This document shows, piece after piece, positions 30,039-38,835 of a stretch of DNA of 64,000 bases. This stretch comes from Dehalococcoidia bacterium (GTDB taxonomy: Bacteria > Chloroflexota > Dehalococcoidia > Plut-88900), in assembly GCA_965197585.1 (NCBI GenBank), contig OZ240215.1, positions 2,496,001-2,560,000 on the forward strand. The letters run 5' to 3'. The notes under the pieces were generated by a model. It had not been told where the DNA came from and did not search any database. It worked only from the letters and a program-made list of their open reading frames with translations. Positions within the stretch are counted from its first letter, which is position 1, and every line of letters starts with the position of its first letter. The position numbers and the translations under genes were made by a program.

Positions 30039-30521
30039 TCACTCGGGTCGCACTTCCCCTCCCCCCTCCCTGTCCAGGGCCCTCAGCCCATCCAGCACAT
30101 CGTCCACGTGCTTGCCGATTCTCACCTCGTGATGGAACACCTCCCTGATGACCCCCGCCTTGTCGATAAGGTAAGTCACCCGAGACACCCCCAGTCCCAT
30201 CCTCCTTGCAACGTCGTAGAGCCGGGCGACCTTCTTGTCGGGGTCCGACACCAGCGTGAACGGAATAGAAAAATGGCGTCGGAACCAGTCGTGGCTTTCC
30301 GGGCTGTCGGTGCTGATCCCCACCACCTGCGCCCCGTACCCCCTTATGGCTTCATATGCGTCACGGAAGCCTCTGGCCTGGCGGTTTCAGCCGGCAGTGA
30401 AGTTCTTCAGATAGAAATAGAGTACGACCGCCCTGTCACCACGCCAGTCGGCGAAGTTAAACCTCTCGCCGTCATGCTGCATCGCTTCAAAATCCGGCGC
30501 CCGAGTCCCAACCTTCAGCAT
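30039..30521 (-). CDS. BCP/PrxQ-like peroxiredoxin, probable selenoprotein (TGA at codon 45)
   Basis: MLKVGTRAPDF...VVLYFYLKNFTAG-TGA-NRQARGFRD...GISTDSPESH...RVTYLID; TGA 30387-30389 sits at the peroxidatic Cys position. Confidence 0.88.
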
Positions 30522-30637
30522 TCTTCCTCCACCTATCCCTAATACTGCCCATTCTACCCCACCCCCCCACCCCCTCCGTCATTCCAGCCGCCGAGAGCCG
30601 AAATCCATCCCGTCTCCCTTCTACCCAGTACTGAACT

Positions 30638-30676
30638 AGAGGCCCGCACGGGTGCTGTGCACCCGTGCGGGCCTCT
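30638..30676. terminator. Perfect 18-bp hairpin, terminator-like
   Basis: AGAGGCCCGCACGGGTGC-TGT-GCACCCGTGCGGGCCTCT. Confidence 0.55.
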
Positions 30677-30794
30677 GTTCTTATCTCCCCCTCTCCCTTG
30701 AAGGCCCTAAGGGTCGAAGATGCGCCTATGGCGTGAGAGGGGGATCAAGGGGGTGAGGGTTCCCCTGTGGGGCTGGGGCGGTGTCCCCAAAAGT

Positions 30795-31493
30795 GTGACA
30801 CGAACCCCTTGACCCTACCCAAACATACGTGCTACTATCCTCACCGTTCGAACACCAACCTAACTTACCCAAGGAGGAACCAAAAACCCAGGGAAGCCCA
30901 CCCGACCCACCCGAGGACTCAACGTCCAAGCCCATCCCAAAGGCCCTCGCTCAGGCCCGCGGCTCAAGCTGGAACATCCGCCTCAGGCGGGAAACGACGC
31001 CATCTCCTCCTCCCACGGGCCCGGCTCACCCTTCCCCCTACTTCCAGGCGATGGAAGGTCCACAATACTAAACGGCATGTCCCTTGCAAAGGACCCCTGC
31101 CGGAATAGCCCCGCTCACGCCGGGCTAAAACACTCGGGCCTCACGGCCCTTGGAAAATCTCCCCCGTCGTTCCCTTCGGAGATCCCCATACACCCAGCGA
31201 CGGCAGCGAGAAAACGCTCGCCATCCCTCCGAGTGGCCTAGAGAAGTCTGGTGGTAGAGGCAGCCCCGAGGCGAGGACCCCTCGCTTCTCTACCACGTCA
31301 TTACAGAAACACGAGGCTGAACCAGGCTGGCCTCCCGCCCCCTGAATCCGAGTCCAGGACCTTCCATCGCCTGCCCCCTCCCAAACCAAACAGAACAAAC
31401 CGAAACCCCACAATCGAAGATGGAACATCCGCCTCTGGAGGATCCGCCTCTGGAGGACTGAAGAAAAACCCGGTGTGTCACCAACCTACCGGA
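30795..31493 (+). ncRNA. Candidate large structured ncRNA element, copy 1
   Basis: Own promoter, no credible ORF, 17-bp long-range stem 31045-31061/31357-31373, homologous to 43357-44062. Confidence 0.55.
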
Positions 31494-31576
31494 TCGGTAC
31501 GGTTCGTTGACCCGACATTTACCCCAAATGTATACTCGAATTCATCTGAGGCCCCGCTTTTATCAGGAGGAATATC

Positions 31577-32740
31577 ATGACCCGTTCCATCGTAATCGAC
31601 GCCGACAGCCACATCATGGAACCGCCCACCTTGTGGCAGGAGTACATGGACCCCGAGTTCCGTAGCCGGGCCCTGCGAATCAGTGCGGATGAATTCGGCT
31701 TGGAGTATCTCGACATCGATGGCAAGGTCAGCATCGGGTACAACGGGGGCACCCTGGGCAGGATTGCGGGCGTCGACCAGACCCGGCAGTGGATGATGGA
31801 GCATCCCACCCTCCCCTATGACGAGATCAAGAACTTCGCCCCGGGATCCGTAGACCCCCACGCTCGGATCAAACACCTGGATAGGCACGGTGTCGACAAG
31901 ACCTTCCTCTTCCCGACCCTCGGCCTCGGTTGGGAAGCCGAGTGCGAAGACCCTGCACTTTCCGCCGCCTATTGCACCGCCTACAACCGCTGGCTTGTCG
32001 ATTTCTGTGCGCCCTACCCCGACCGGCTGATCCCCATAGCCCACGTCACGGTGCGAGACGTGAACGAGGGCATCAAGGAATTGGAGAGGGCCGCAAGGGA
32101 TGGCATGAAGGGCGCATTCATCTGTCCGGCGCCCATGAACGGCATCCGCTACAGCCACGAATACTATGACCGTTTCTGGGCCACCGCCCAGGACCTGGAC
32201 ATGCCCATAACCTTCCACGTAGTCCTCAACCCCGACTACCCCGGCCGCAACTCTTATCCTGAAGACGAGACCGGCCTCGGCCCCGTGTTCTTCAACAACG
32301 TGATGACCTTCGCCGACCCCCTGATCAGCTTTACCTGCATGATGGGCGACGGCACCTTCGAAAAGTTCCCCGGCCTGAAACTGTCCATGGTCGAAGTCGG
32401 CTGTACCTGGCTCCTCCACTGGCTCGACATGATGGATTTCAAAACCGGTCGGTTCAGCTTCGACATGTCCCTTACCATGACCCCCAGTGAGTACTTCCGT
32501 CGCCAGGTCTGGGTCAGCGCTGAACCTATCGAAAAGGGCCTCGGCGCAGTGGCCCAGATGGTCGGGACCGACCGCTTCATGTGGGGTTCCGACTGGCCCC
32601 ACCCCGAGGGCCACACCGACCCCCTCAACAAGGTCAAGCACAACATCGCAAGCCTTTCGGAAGCCGACCAGAACAAGATCCTGGGCGAAAACGCCCTCGC
32701 CATGTACGGCCTGTCCGTGCCCGCCCCTGCCGTGGGCTAG
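31577..32740 (+). CDS. Amidohydrolase_2 family protein (paralog 1)
   Basis: DADSH, AYNRWL, FWA..QDL..P..FH, WGSDWPHPEG. Confidence 0.92.
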   Translation: MTRSIVIDADSHIMEPPTLWQEYMDPEFRSRALRISADEFGLEYLDIDGKVSIGYNGGTLGRIAGVDQTRQWMMEHPTLPYDEIKNFAPGSVDPHARIKHLDRHGVDKTFLFPTLGLGWEAECEDPALSAAYCTAYNRWLVDFCAPYPDRLIPIAHVTVRDVNEGIKELERAARDGMKGAFICPAPMNGIRYSHEYYDRFWATAQDLDMPITFHVVLNPDYPGRNSYPEDETGLGPVFFNNVMTFADPLISFTCMMGDGTFEKFPGLKLSMVEVGCTWLLHWLDMMDFKTGRFSFDMSLTMTPSEYFRRQVWVSAEPIEKGLGAVAQMVGTDRFMWGSDWPHPEGHTDPLNKVKHNIASLSEADQNKILGENALAMYGLSVPAPAVG

Positions 32741-32759
32741 ACGAAAAGGAGTATCTGCT

Positions 32760-33920
32760 ATGGCACCTGGAATAGTTGTCGACTCGGACAGCCACATCCT
32801 GGAACCCGCCACTATGTGGAGGGACTACATTGATCCTGACTACCGCTCGCGCGCCATGGGCATTGAGTTCGACGAACTGGGTCTCGAATACCTGGACATC
32901 GACGGCAAGATGAGCAGCGGCTACAACGGCGGCGCTCTTGGCCGCATCGCCGGCGTCGAGAAGGACCGCGAGTGGATTATGGGTCACGCTACCCTCCCCT
33001 ACGCCGAGGCCGCCACCCTCGCCCCCGGCGCTGCCTACCCCGCCGAGAGAATCAAGCACCTCGCCAGGGAGGGCGTCGATAAGACCTTCCTCTTCCCCAG
33101 CCTCGGCCTCGGTTGGGAAGCCGAGTGTGAAGACGCCGAAATCTCCGACGCCTATTGCCGGGCCTACAACCGCTGGCTCGTCGATTTCTGCAAGGATCAC
33201 CCGGACCAGCTCTTCCCCGTGGCCCACGTCTCCGTCAGAGAGGTCGAGTTCGGTGTCGCCGAGCTCCAGCGCGCCGCCAAGGACGGTATGAAGGGCGCTT
33301 TCATCTGCCCTGCCCCCGTCAACGGCATCCGCTACGGAGACTCCTATTACGACCCCTTCTGGGCTGCCGCCCAGGACCTCGACATGCCTATCACCCTGCA
33401 CGTCATCTTCAACCCCAACTACGTCGGCAAGCACCTCTACCCCGACCACCCCGGCCTCGGGCCCGAGTTCTTCGTCGAGTCCATGGTCTTCGGCGATCCC
33501 TTCCTCTCCTTCACCAACATGATGACCGAAGGCGTATTCGAAAAGTTCCCCAACCTCCGCATCTCCATGGTCGAGATTGGCTCCACCTGGGTCGCCCACT
33601 GGCTCGACTTCCTGGACTTCAAGTTCTCTCGCTTCGGCTTCGACACCATCCTCACCATGAAGCCCAGCGAGTACTTCAAACGCCAGTGCTGGATCAGCGC
33701 CGAACCTATAGAGAAAGGCCTGGGCGCCGTGGCCCAGATCGTCGGCACGGACCGCTTTCTCTGGGGCTCCGACTGGCCCCACCCCGAGGGCCACACCGAC
33801 CCCCTGAGCAAGGTCAAGGCCAACATCGCCGATCTCCCGGAAGCAGACCAGCGCAAGATTCTCGGCGAAAACGCCCTAGCCCTCTACCGCCTGGCCTCCC
33901 CGGCTCCGGCTGTAGGGTAG
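32760..33920 (+). CDS. Amidohydrolase_2 family protein (paralog 2)
   Basis: Close tandem paralog; DSDSH, WGSDWPHPEG; SD AAGGAG before ATG 32760. Confidence 0.92.
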   Translation: MAPGIVVDSDSHILEPATMWRDYIDPDYRSRAMGIEFDELGLEYLDIDGKMSSGYNGGALGRIAGVEKDREWIMGHATLPYAEAATLAPGAAYPAERIKHLAREGVDKTFLFPSLGLGWEAECEDAEISDAYCRAYNRWLVDFCKDHPDQLFPVAHVSVREVEFGVAELQRAAKDGMKGAFICPAPVNGIRYGDSYYDPFWAAAQDLDMPITLHVIFNPNYVGKHLYPDHPGLGPEFFVESMVFGDPFLSFTNMMTEGVFEKFPNLRISMVEIGSTWVAHWLDFLDFKFSRFGFDTILTMKPSEYFKRQCWISAEPIEKGLGAVAQIVGTDRFLWGSDWPHPEGHTDPLSKVKANIADLPEADQRKILGENALALYRLASPAPAVG

Positions 33921-33945
33921 GTCTCAATCCACCAACGAAAGAAAG

Positions 33946-33979
33946 ACGCCGGACTGTTGAACAGTCCGGCGTTCTTTTC
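33946..33979. terminator. Intrinsic terminator
   Basis: 12-bp stem ACGCCGGACTGT/ACAGTCCGGCGT plus T tract, between convergent genes. Confidence 0.8.
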
Positions 33980-34018
33980 TCAGTCCCATAAGGCCAGGTC
34001 CTACCTGAGGTGTTCCCA

Positions 34019-35017
34019 TTATGCGAATTGCGGCATAACCTCCCGAGCAAACGTCCTCATCATCGCCACGAACCTCGGCAGGTTCTCCGCCCAGCACCTC
34101 ATACCCAGCCCATGGACACCCGCCTCCTGATAGGCCTCGATCACCTTCGAAATCCTCCCCACAGACCCCACCAAAGACCCCGCCAACCCCTCTTCAAAGG
34201 TGTGTATCTCAGTCACCAGTGTCTTCCTCGTCATCGCCTGTGCCGCAGCGTCCTCGTCTATGTATAGGGGTATGTACCCCGTCACCTGAAAGTCCACGTC
34301 CCCCCTCCCCGACTCCGCCGCCAGCTCCCGGATACGCTTGATTCCGTCGGCCATCACGTGGGGAGGCCCTTCAGGTATCCACCCGTCGCACCGCTCGGCG
34401 ATACGGCGCATCGCCGGCTCGTACAGCTTCGGTGCCCGAGTCTTGCGCGGGTACACCACCCCTCCCCCATACAGCACCGGCACCTTAGGCGTCGTCTTCG
34501 GGAAATACGACGCGTTTTCAAACGAGATGTTCGGCCCCTGAAAGTCCACGTGCCCGCCCTGGAAGGCGGCATTCAGCACGTTGATGTATTCGTCCGTGAT
34601 ACGGTTCTTTTCGTCGTAGGGGATCTGCATCACCCGGAAGTCGCTGGGGTAGTCCCCGATCCCGACACCCAGCATCAACCTACCCCCAGAAAGAGCCTGC
34701 AAAGTCATCGCCTGCCTAGCCAAAACCCTCGGATCCCGGAGGGGCAACACCAGAATCGCCGTACCCAGCTTCACGTTTTGCGTCATCCCCGCCACCCACG
34801 TCAGCGTGCTTATAGACTCGTAGAAGTGAGGTTCTATTCCCTCACACTGCTCAATCAGCCCCGACCCCCTGTGAAGGAACCAGTCCGTATCGTAGGTCAC
34901 GTGGTCGTGGCACCACACCGAGTCGAAACCCAGGTCATCAGCCTCTAGCGCCACCCGCCTGATAGCCTCCACCCCCGCCAGCGCCCCCGAATGCGGCAGC
35001 ATAATCCCAAACTTCAT
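34019..35017 (-). CDS. LLM-class flavin/F420-dependent oxidoreductase
   Basis: GFDSVWCHDH, LGTAILVLPLRDP, LSGGRL.LGVG.G. Confidence 0.9.
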   Translation of the reverse strand: MKFGIMLPHSGALAGVEAIRRVALEADDLGFDSVWCHDHVTYDTDWFLHRGSGLIEQCEGIEPHFYESISTLTWVAGMTQNVKLGTAILVLPLRDPRVLARQAMTLQALSGGRLMLGVGIGDYPSDFRVMQIPYDEKNRITDEYINVLNAAFQGGHVDFQGPNISFENASYFPKTTPKVPVLYGGGVVYPRKTRAPKLYEPAMRRIAERCDGWIPEGPPHVMADGIKRIRELAAESGRGDVDFQVTGYIPLYIDEDAAAQAMTRKTLVTEIHTFEEGLAGSLVGSVGRISKVIEAYQEAGVHGLGMRCWAENLPRFVAMMRTFAREVMPQFA

Positions 35018-35069
35018 GATGTCACCTCCATATCAAGGCTAGGGGCAAAGATAACACACCCCATTTCAA

Positions 35070-36245
35070 CTACTTCACGTACAGCTTGTGCTCCAACCCA
35101 TCCGTCAGAGTCTTGCACCCGTCCTCCGTGACGAGAATCGTGTCGCTGTTCACCGCCCTCTTCACCCTGCCGAGACCCTGCAGGGCCACATGCCCCGCCA
35201 GCAGGTGGAAGGTCATTCCCGCCTGAAGTGGCCGGGTCTCCCCCTCCGTCATACTGATGATGTGCCCTTCGCCCCAGTCCGGCGCAAAAGCGATTCCTAT
35301 CGAATATGCCGCCCGGCTGTTTCGCTTGCTCCCCGAGCCCATTGCCTCCTCCAGGCTCTCCTGCACCAGCCGGTGTATCTCCCCCGCCGGGACCCCCGGC
35401 CTGATCGCCGACTTCGCCATAGCCATCACTTCCACACCCACCTCCCGGGCCCTGAGCAGCAGTTCAGGTGGGTCCCCGAGAAATATCTGCTGATAGGTCG
35501 CCGCGTGATAGCGGTTAATACACCCCGGCATCTCTATTGTCACGCTATCCCCGGGCTGTATCACGTTCCGATACCACGTCGAATGGGTCATCGAGTCCCG
35601 CTCCCCCGTCCTTATGAATATCGGCAGTCCCGTATACTCGCTCCCCGCCTTTATCTGCGCCCGATGAATCTCCGCCGCCACGTCGTTCTCCGTCACCCCC
35701 ACCTGGCAGGCCTCGATCCCCGCCCTCAACCCCGCCTCCGCCGTCTTCGCCGCCTGCCTTATGTACTCGATCTCCTGCGCTGATTTCACCATCCTCCCCT
35801 CCTCCACCAGCCCCGACCCATCCACAAAAGTCGCTGACGATAAGGCAGCCGCAAGCCCCTTCTCATCACGAGATGTCAGGAAGAACGAGTCATATTGCAC
35901 CCCGATACGCGCATCTGCCTTACCCAGGTCCGTTAGCACGTCCCGCGTGTGGGCTATCCAGTCCTCATGGTCTTCGTAGGGCCGGCTGTCCTCGACCCAG
36001 GATTGAGGCGCAATGTTGGACTCCTCATTGAGCCGGGTGATGAACACCGGCTCCCGGTCCATCGTCACTATCAGCATCTGGTACCAGTAGTAGCCGGGAG
36101 TCTGGTAACCGGAAACGTAATACAAGTTCTCCGGCGAGTTGACCAGCAGAACATCAATCCCCCGTTCTTCCATCCGGTGTCGCAGCGCATCAAGCCGCCC
36201 TTGATATTCCTCCAGCGTGAAGAACTGGTACTTGGGGCTCCTCAT
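35070..36245 (-). CDS. M24 pita-bread hydrolase, DoeA/EutD- or creatinase-like (paralog 1)
   Basis: PENLYY.SGY, R.VKS..EI, RYHA, YSIGIAFAPDWGEG. Confidence 0.85.
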   Translation of the reverse strand: MRSPKYQFFTLEEYQGRLDALRHRMEERGIDVLLVNSPENLYYVSGYQTPGYYWYQMLIVTMDREPVFITRLNEESNIAPQSWVEDSRPYEDHEDWIAHTRDVLTDLGKADARIGVQYDSFFLTSRDEKGLAAALSSATFVDGSGLVEEGRMVKSAQEIEYIRQAAKTAEAGLRAGIEACQVGVTENDVAAEIHRAQIKAGSEYTGLPIFIRTGERDSMTHSTWYRNVIQPGDSVTIEMPGCINRYHAATYQQIFLGDPPELLLRAREVGVEVMAMAKSAIRPGVPAGEIHRLVQESLEEAMGSGSKRNSRAAYSIGIAFAPDWGEGHIISMTEGETRPLQAGMTFHLLAGHVALQGLGRVKRAVNSDTILVTEDGCKTLTDGLEHKLYVK

Positions 36246-36267
36246 ATCTGCTCCTTCGGTCTAGTCG

Positions 36268-37428
36268 TTACTTGACGAACAACTTCTGTTCCACACCACC
36301 CGTCAGCGTCTCACAACCGTCCTCCGTGACCAGGACAGTGTCGCTGCAGAGAATGCCCCCGAACCCCGGGACCCGAACCCCGGGAATCAGGTGGAATGCC
36401 ATCCCGGCCTGCAGAGGTCGCTCCTCACCTCTAGTGATGCTGATGATGTGCCCTTCTCCCCAGTCGGGAGCGAAGGCTATGCCTATCGAGTACGCCGCCC
36501 GACGCTCCAGTTTCGCCCCCAGGTCCGCCGAGTCCAGCATCTCCTTGATCTCTTCGAACAGGTCCCCCGCCACGACCCCCGGCCTGATCTTCTCCTTGGC
36601 CTTCTTCAGGGTGTCGGTAACCACATCCATCCCCCTCACCATCATCTCCGACGGCTCCCCGATATACACTTCCCTCATCATGGCGACGTGATAACGGTTC
36701 ACGCACCCCGGCACCTCGAAGAAGACTACCTCGTTTTCCTGCAAAGGCCTCCTGTACCAGGTGGCGTGCGTCATTGTAGACCGCACACCCGAGGCCACAA
36801 AAATCGGCAAGCCCGTGTATTCGCTTCCTGCCTTGATCTGTGCCCTGTGCATCTCCGCCGCCACGTCGTTCTCTGTCGCGCCGAGCCCCACCGCCTCTAT
36901 CCCCGCCAGGGTAGCCGCCTCTGCAGCCTTAGCTGCCTGCCGCATGTACTCGATCTCCTGTGGAGACTTGATCATCCGCCCCTCTTCGATCAGTCCCGTG
37001 CTGTCCACGAACTTGGCCCCCGGCATCAGGCCCTTCAGCTTCAGATAGTCCCTTGCCGGAAGAAAGAAACTCCCAAGCTCCATCCCGATCGTCTTCCCCC
37101 CGAGCCCCAGGTCCACCAGCACGTCCCGAGTCTTCTCCACCCAGTCCTCATAGTCCTCATACGGCCGCCGGTCCTCGACCCACCCCAGCTCCCGCATGTT
37201 TGAGTCCTCAACCCGCCGCGTGATCGACACAGGCTCCCGGTCCATTGGCACAACCAGCGTCTGCCACCAGTAATACCCTGGCGTCTGGTAGCCTGAGAGG
37301 TAGTACAGGTTCTCCGGCGTGTTCACCAGCACCGCATCCACCCCCAACCCCTCCATCCGCCCCCGAAGCGCATCGAGCCTTTGCTGGTACTCCTCCAGCT
37401 CAAAATACTGCCAGTTCGGTTTCTTCAC
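36268..37428 (-). CDS. M24 DoeA/EutD-like hydrolase (paralog 2)
   Basis: Same motifs as paralog 1. Confidence 0.85.
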   Translation of the reverse strand: MKKPNWQYFELEEYQQRLDALRGRMEGLGVDAVLVNTPENLYYLSGYQTPGYYWWQTLVVPMDREPVSITRRVEDSNMRELGWVEDRRPYEDYEDWVEKTRDVLVDLGLGGKTIGMELGSFFLPARDYLKLKGLMPGAKFVDSTGLIEEGRMIKSPQEIEYMRQAAKAAEAATLAGIEAVGLGATENDVAAEMHRAQIKAGSEYTGLPIFVASGVRSTMTHATWYRRPLQENEVVFFEVPGCVNRYHVAMMREVYIGEPSEMMVRGMDVVTDTLKKAKEKIRPGVVAGDLFEEIKEMLDSADLGAKLERRAAYSIGIAFAPDWGEGHIISITRGEERPLQAGMAFHLIPGVRVPGFGGILCSDTVLVTEDGCETLTGGVEQKLFVK

Positions 37429-37494
37429 CTATTCCTCCGTTGCCCTCTCTCTTTGTTGATCCATTGCCTTACCCCGCCATCTTAGGCGGGGTAT

Positions 37495-37539
37495 TCCGCT
37501 CGCCCTGAGCTGAGTCGAAGGGTCTCAAGAGCGGAATCG
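37495..37539. repeat. REP-like repeat family B (CCGCTCGCCCTGAGC-n-GTCGAAGGG)
   Basis: Related copies near 42335, 43176, 47396, 54991 and inside the MITEs. Confidence 0.75.
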
Positions 37540-37636
37540 GTGGGGTGTCCCGGCCCCCGCCCGGAGTTACGCAAAGGTCTCTCGATGGGAGAGGGCCAGG
37601 GTGATCCCCGTTCTTGTGACTGGAAGGTCTATCCCC

Positions 37637-38797
37637 CTACTTCGAAAACAGCTTCCTCTCCACATTCCCAGTTATCGGCTCACAACCGGTCTCCGTCACC
37701 AACACCGTCTCGCTCACCCCCACCGACGACAGCCCCGGTATAAAAATAGCCGGTATCAGGTGGAAGGTCATCCCGGCCTTCAACTCCCGGTATTCACCCT
37801 CGTTCATGCTGATAATGTGCCCTTCGCCCCAGTCCGGCGCAAACGCTATTCCTATGGAATATGCTGCCCGGTGAGTCAGCTCCACCCCCAGCCCCGCCCC
37901 CCCGATGACGTTCTTGCACACCATGTGGGCGTCGTGAGCCGTGACCCCGGGTTTAATAAATTTGATCATTTCCTCCAGGGCCTCAGCCATGACGGCCGTC
38001 GCCTTTATGGACCCCTCCGGCGGATCACCCAGGTACACGTTCCGCATCTGCGAGGCGTGGTACCGGTTGATGCAACCCGATAGCTCCAGGAACACCGTGT
38101 CCCCTGGCTGTATCGTTTCCCGATACCACGTTACGTGCCCCAGGAACGACCTCTTACCGGCGGTGACGAACAGGGGAAGCCCCGTGTATTCGCTCCCCGC
38201 CTTTATCTGCGCCGCATAGACCGCCGCCGCGACTTCATTCTCCGTCACCCCGACCTCCGACGCCTCTATCCCCGCCAGTACCCCCGCCTCCGTGGCCCGG
38301 GCTGCCTGCGTAATGTACTCGATCTCCTTCGGCGACTTGATCATCCTCCCCTCTTCCACCATCATCGAGCAGTCCACCCACTTCGCGTCCGGCAGCATCC
38401 CCTTCAACCTGTCGTAGTCCTGGATGGTTATGAACCAGGAGCTCATCTCCACACCTATCCTCTTCGACCCCATCCCCAGGTCCTCCAGCGTGTCCCGCGT
38501 CCGAGCCACCCAGTCGTCCGAGTCCCCGTAGGGCCGGCTGTCCTCCACCCAGGTCAGGTGCTCCACGTTGGAGTTTTCCAGGAGGCGGGTTATGAACACC
38601 GGCTCCCGGTCCATCGTAACTATGAGGGTCTGGTACCAGTAGTAGCCGGGGGTCTGGTACCCGGTTAGGTAATACAGGTTCTCCGGCGTGTGCACCATCA
38701 TGCAGTCCACACCCTTCGCCTCCATCCGCGCCCTTAGAGCGTCCAGCCTGCCCTGGTATTCCTCCAGGGTGAAGTACTGCCAAGTTGCCGTCTTCAT
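37637..38797 (-). CDS. M24 DoeA/EutD-like hydrolase (paralog 3)
   Basis: Same motifs as paralog 1. Confidence 0.85.
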   Translation of the reverse strand: MKTATWQYFTLEEYQGRLDALRARMEAKGVDCMMVHTPENLYYLTGYQTPGYYWYQTLIVTMDREPVFITRLLENSNVEHLTWVEDSRPYGDSDDWVARTRDTLEDLGMGSKRIGVEMSSWFITIQDYDRLKGMLPDAKWVDCSMMVEEGRMIKSPKEIEYITQAARATEAGVLAGIEASEVGVTENEVAAAVYAAQIKAGSEYTGLPLFVTAGKRSFLGHVTWYRETIQPGDTVFLELSGCINRYHASQMRNVYLGDPPEGSIKATAVMAEALEEMIKFIKPGVTAHDAHMVCKNVIGGAGLGVELTHRAAYSIGIAFAPDWGEGHIISMNEGEYRELKAGMTFHLIPAIFIPGLSSVGVSETVLVTETGCEPITGNVERKLFSK

Positions 38798-38835
38798 TTA
38801 TATCTCCCTTCTCTTCGAATCATATCCCCTTGCCC

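Noticed and set aside
29487-30521. Prx genes as nonsense pseudogenes
   Set aside because: TGA at the identical catalytic codon in two diverged paralogs, with intact frames on both sides, favours selenocysteine
30829-31071. Short ORFs in the large element (KPIPKALAQARG shared with copy 2)
   Set aside because: No start codon follows the SD in either copy and the copies differ by frameshifting indels; a decayed small gene remains an alternative explanation
31478-33794. Long antisense ORFs over the amidohydrolases (and similar ones elsewhere)
   Set aside because: Shadow ORFs from high GC3 codon bias, with no recognisable motifs
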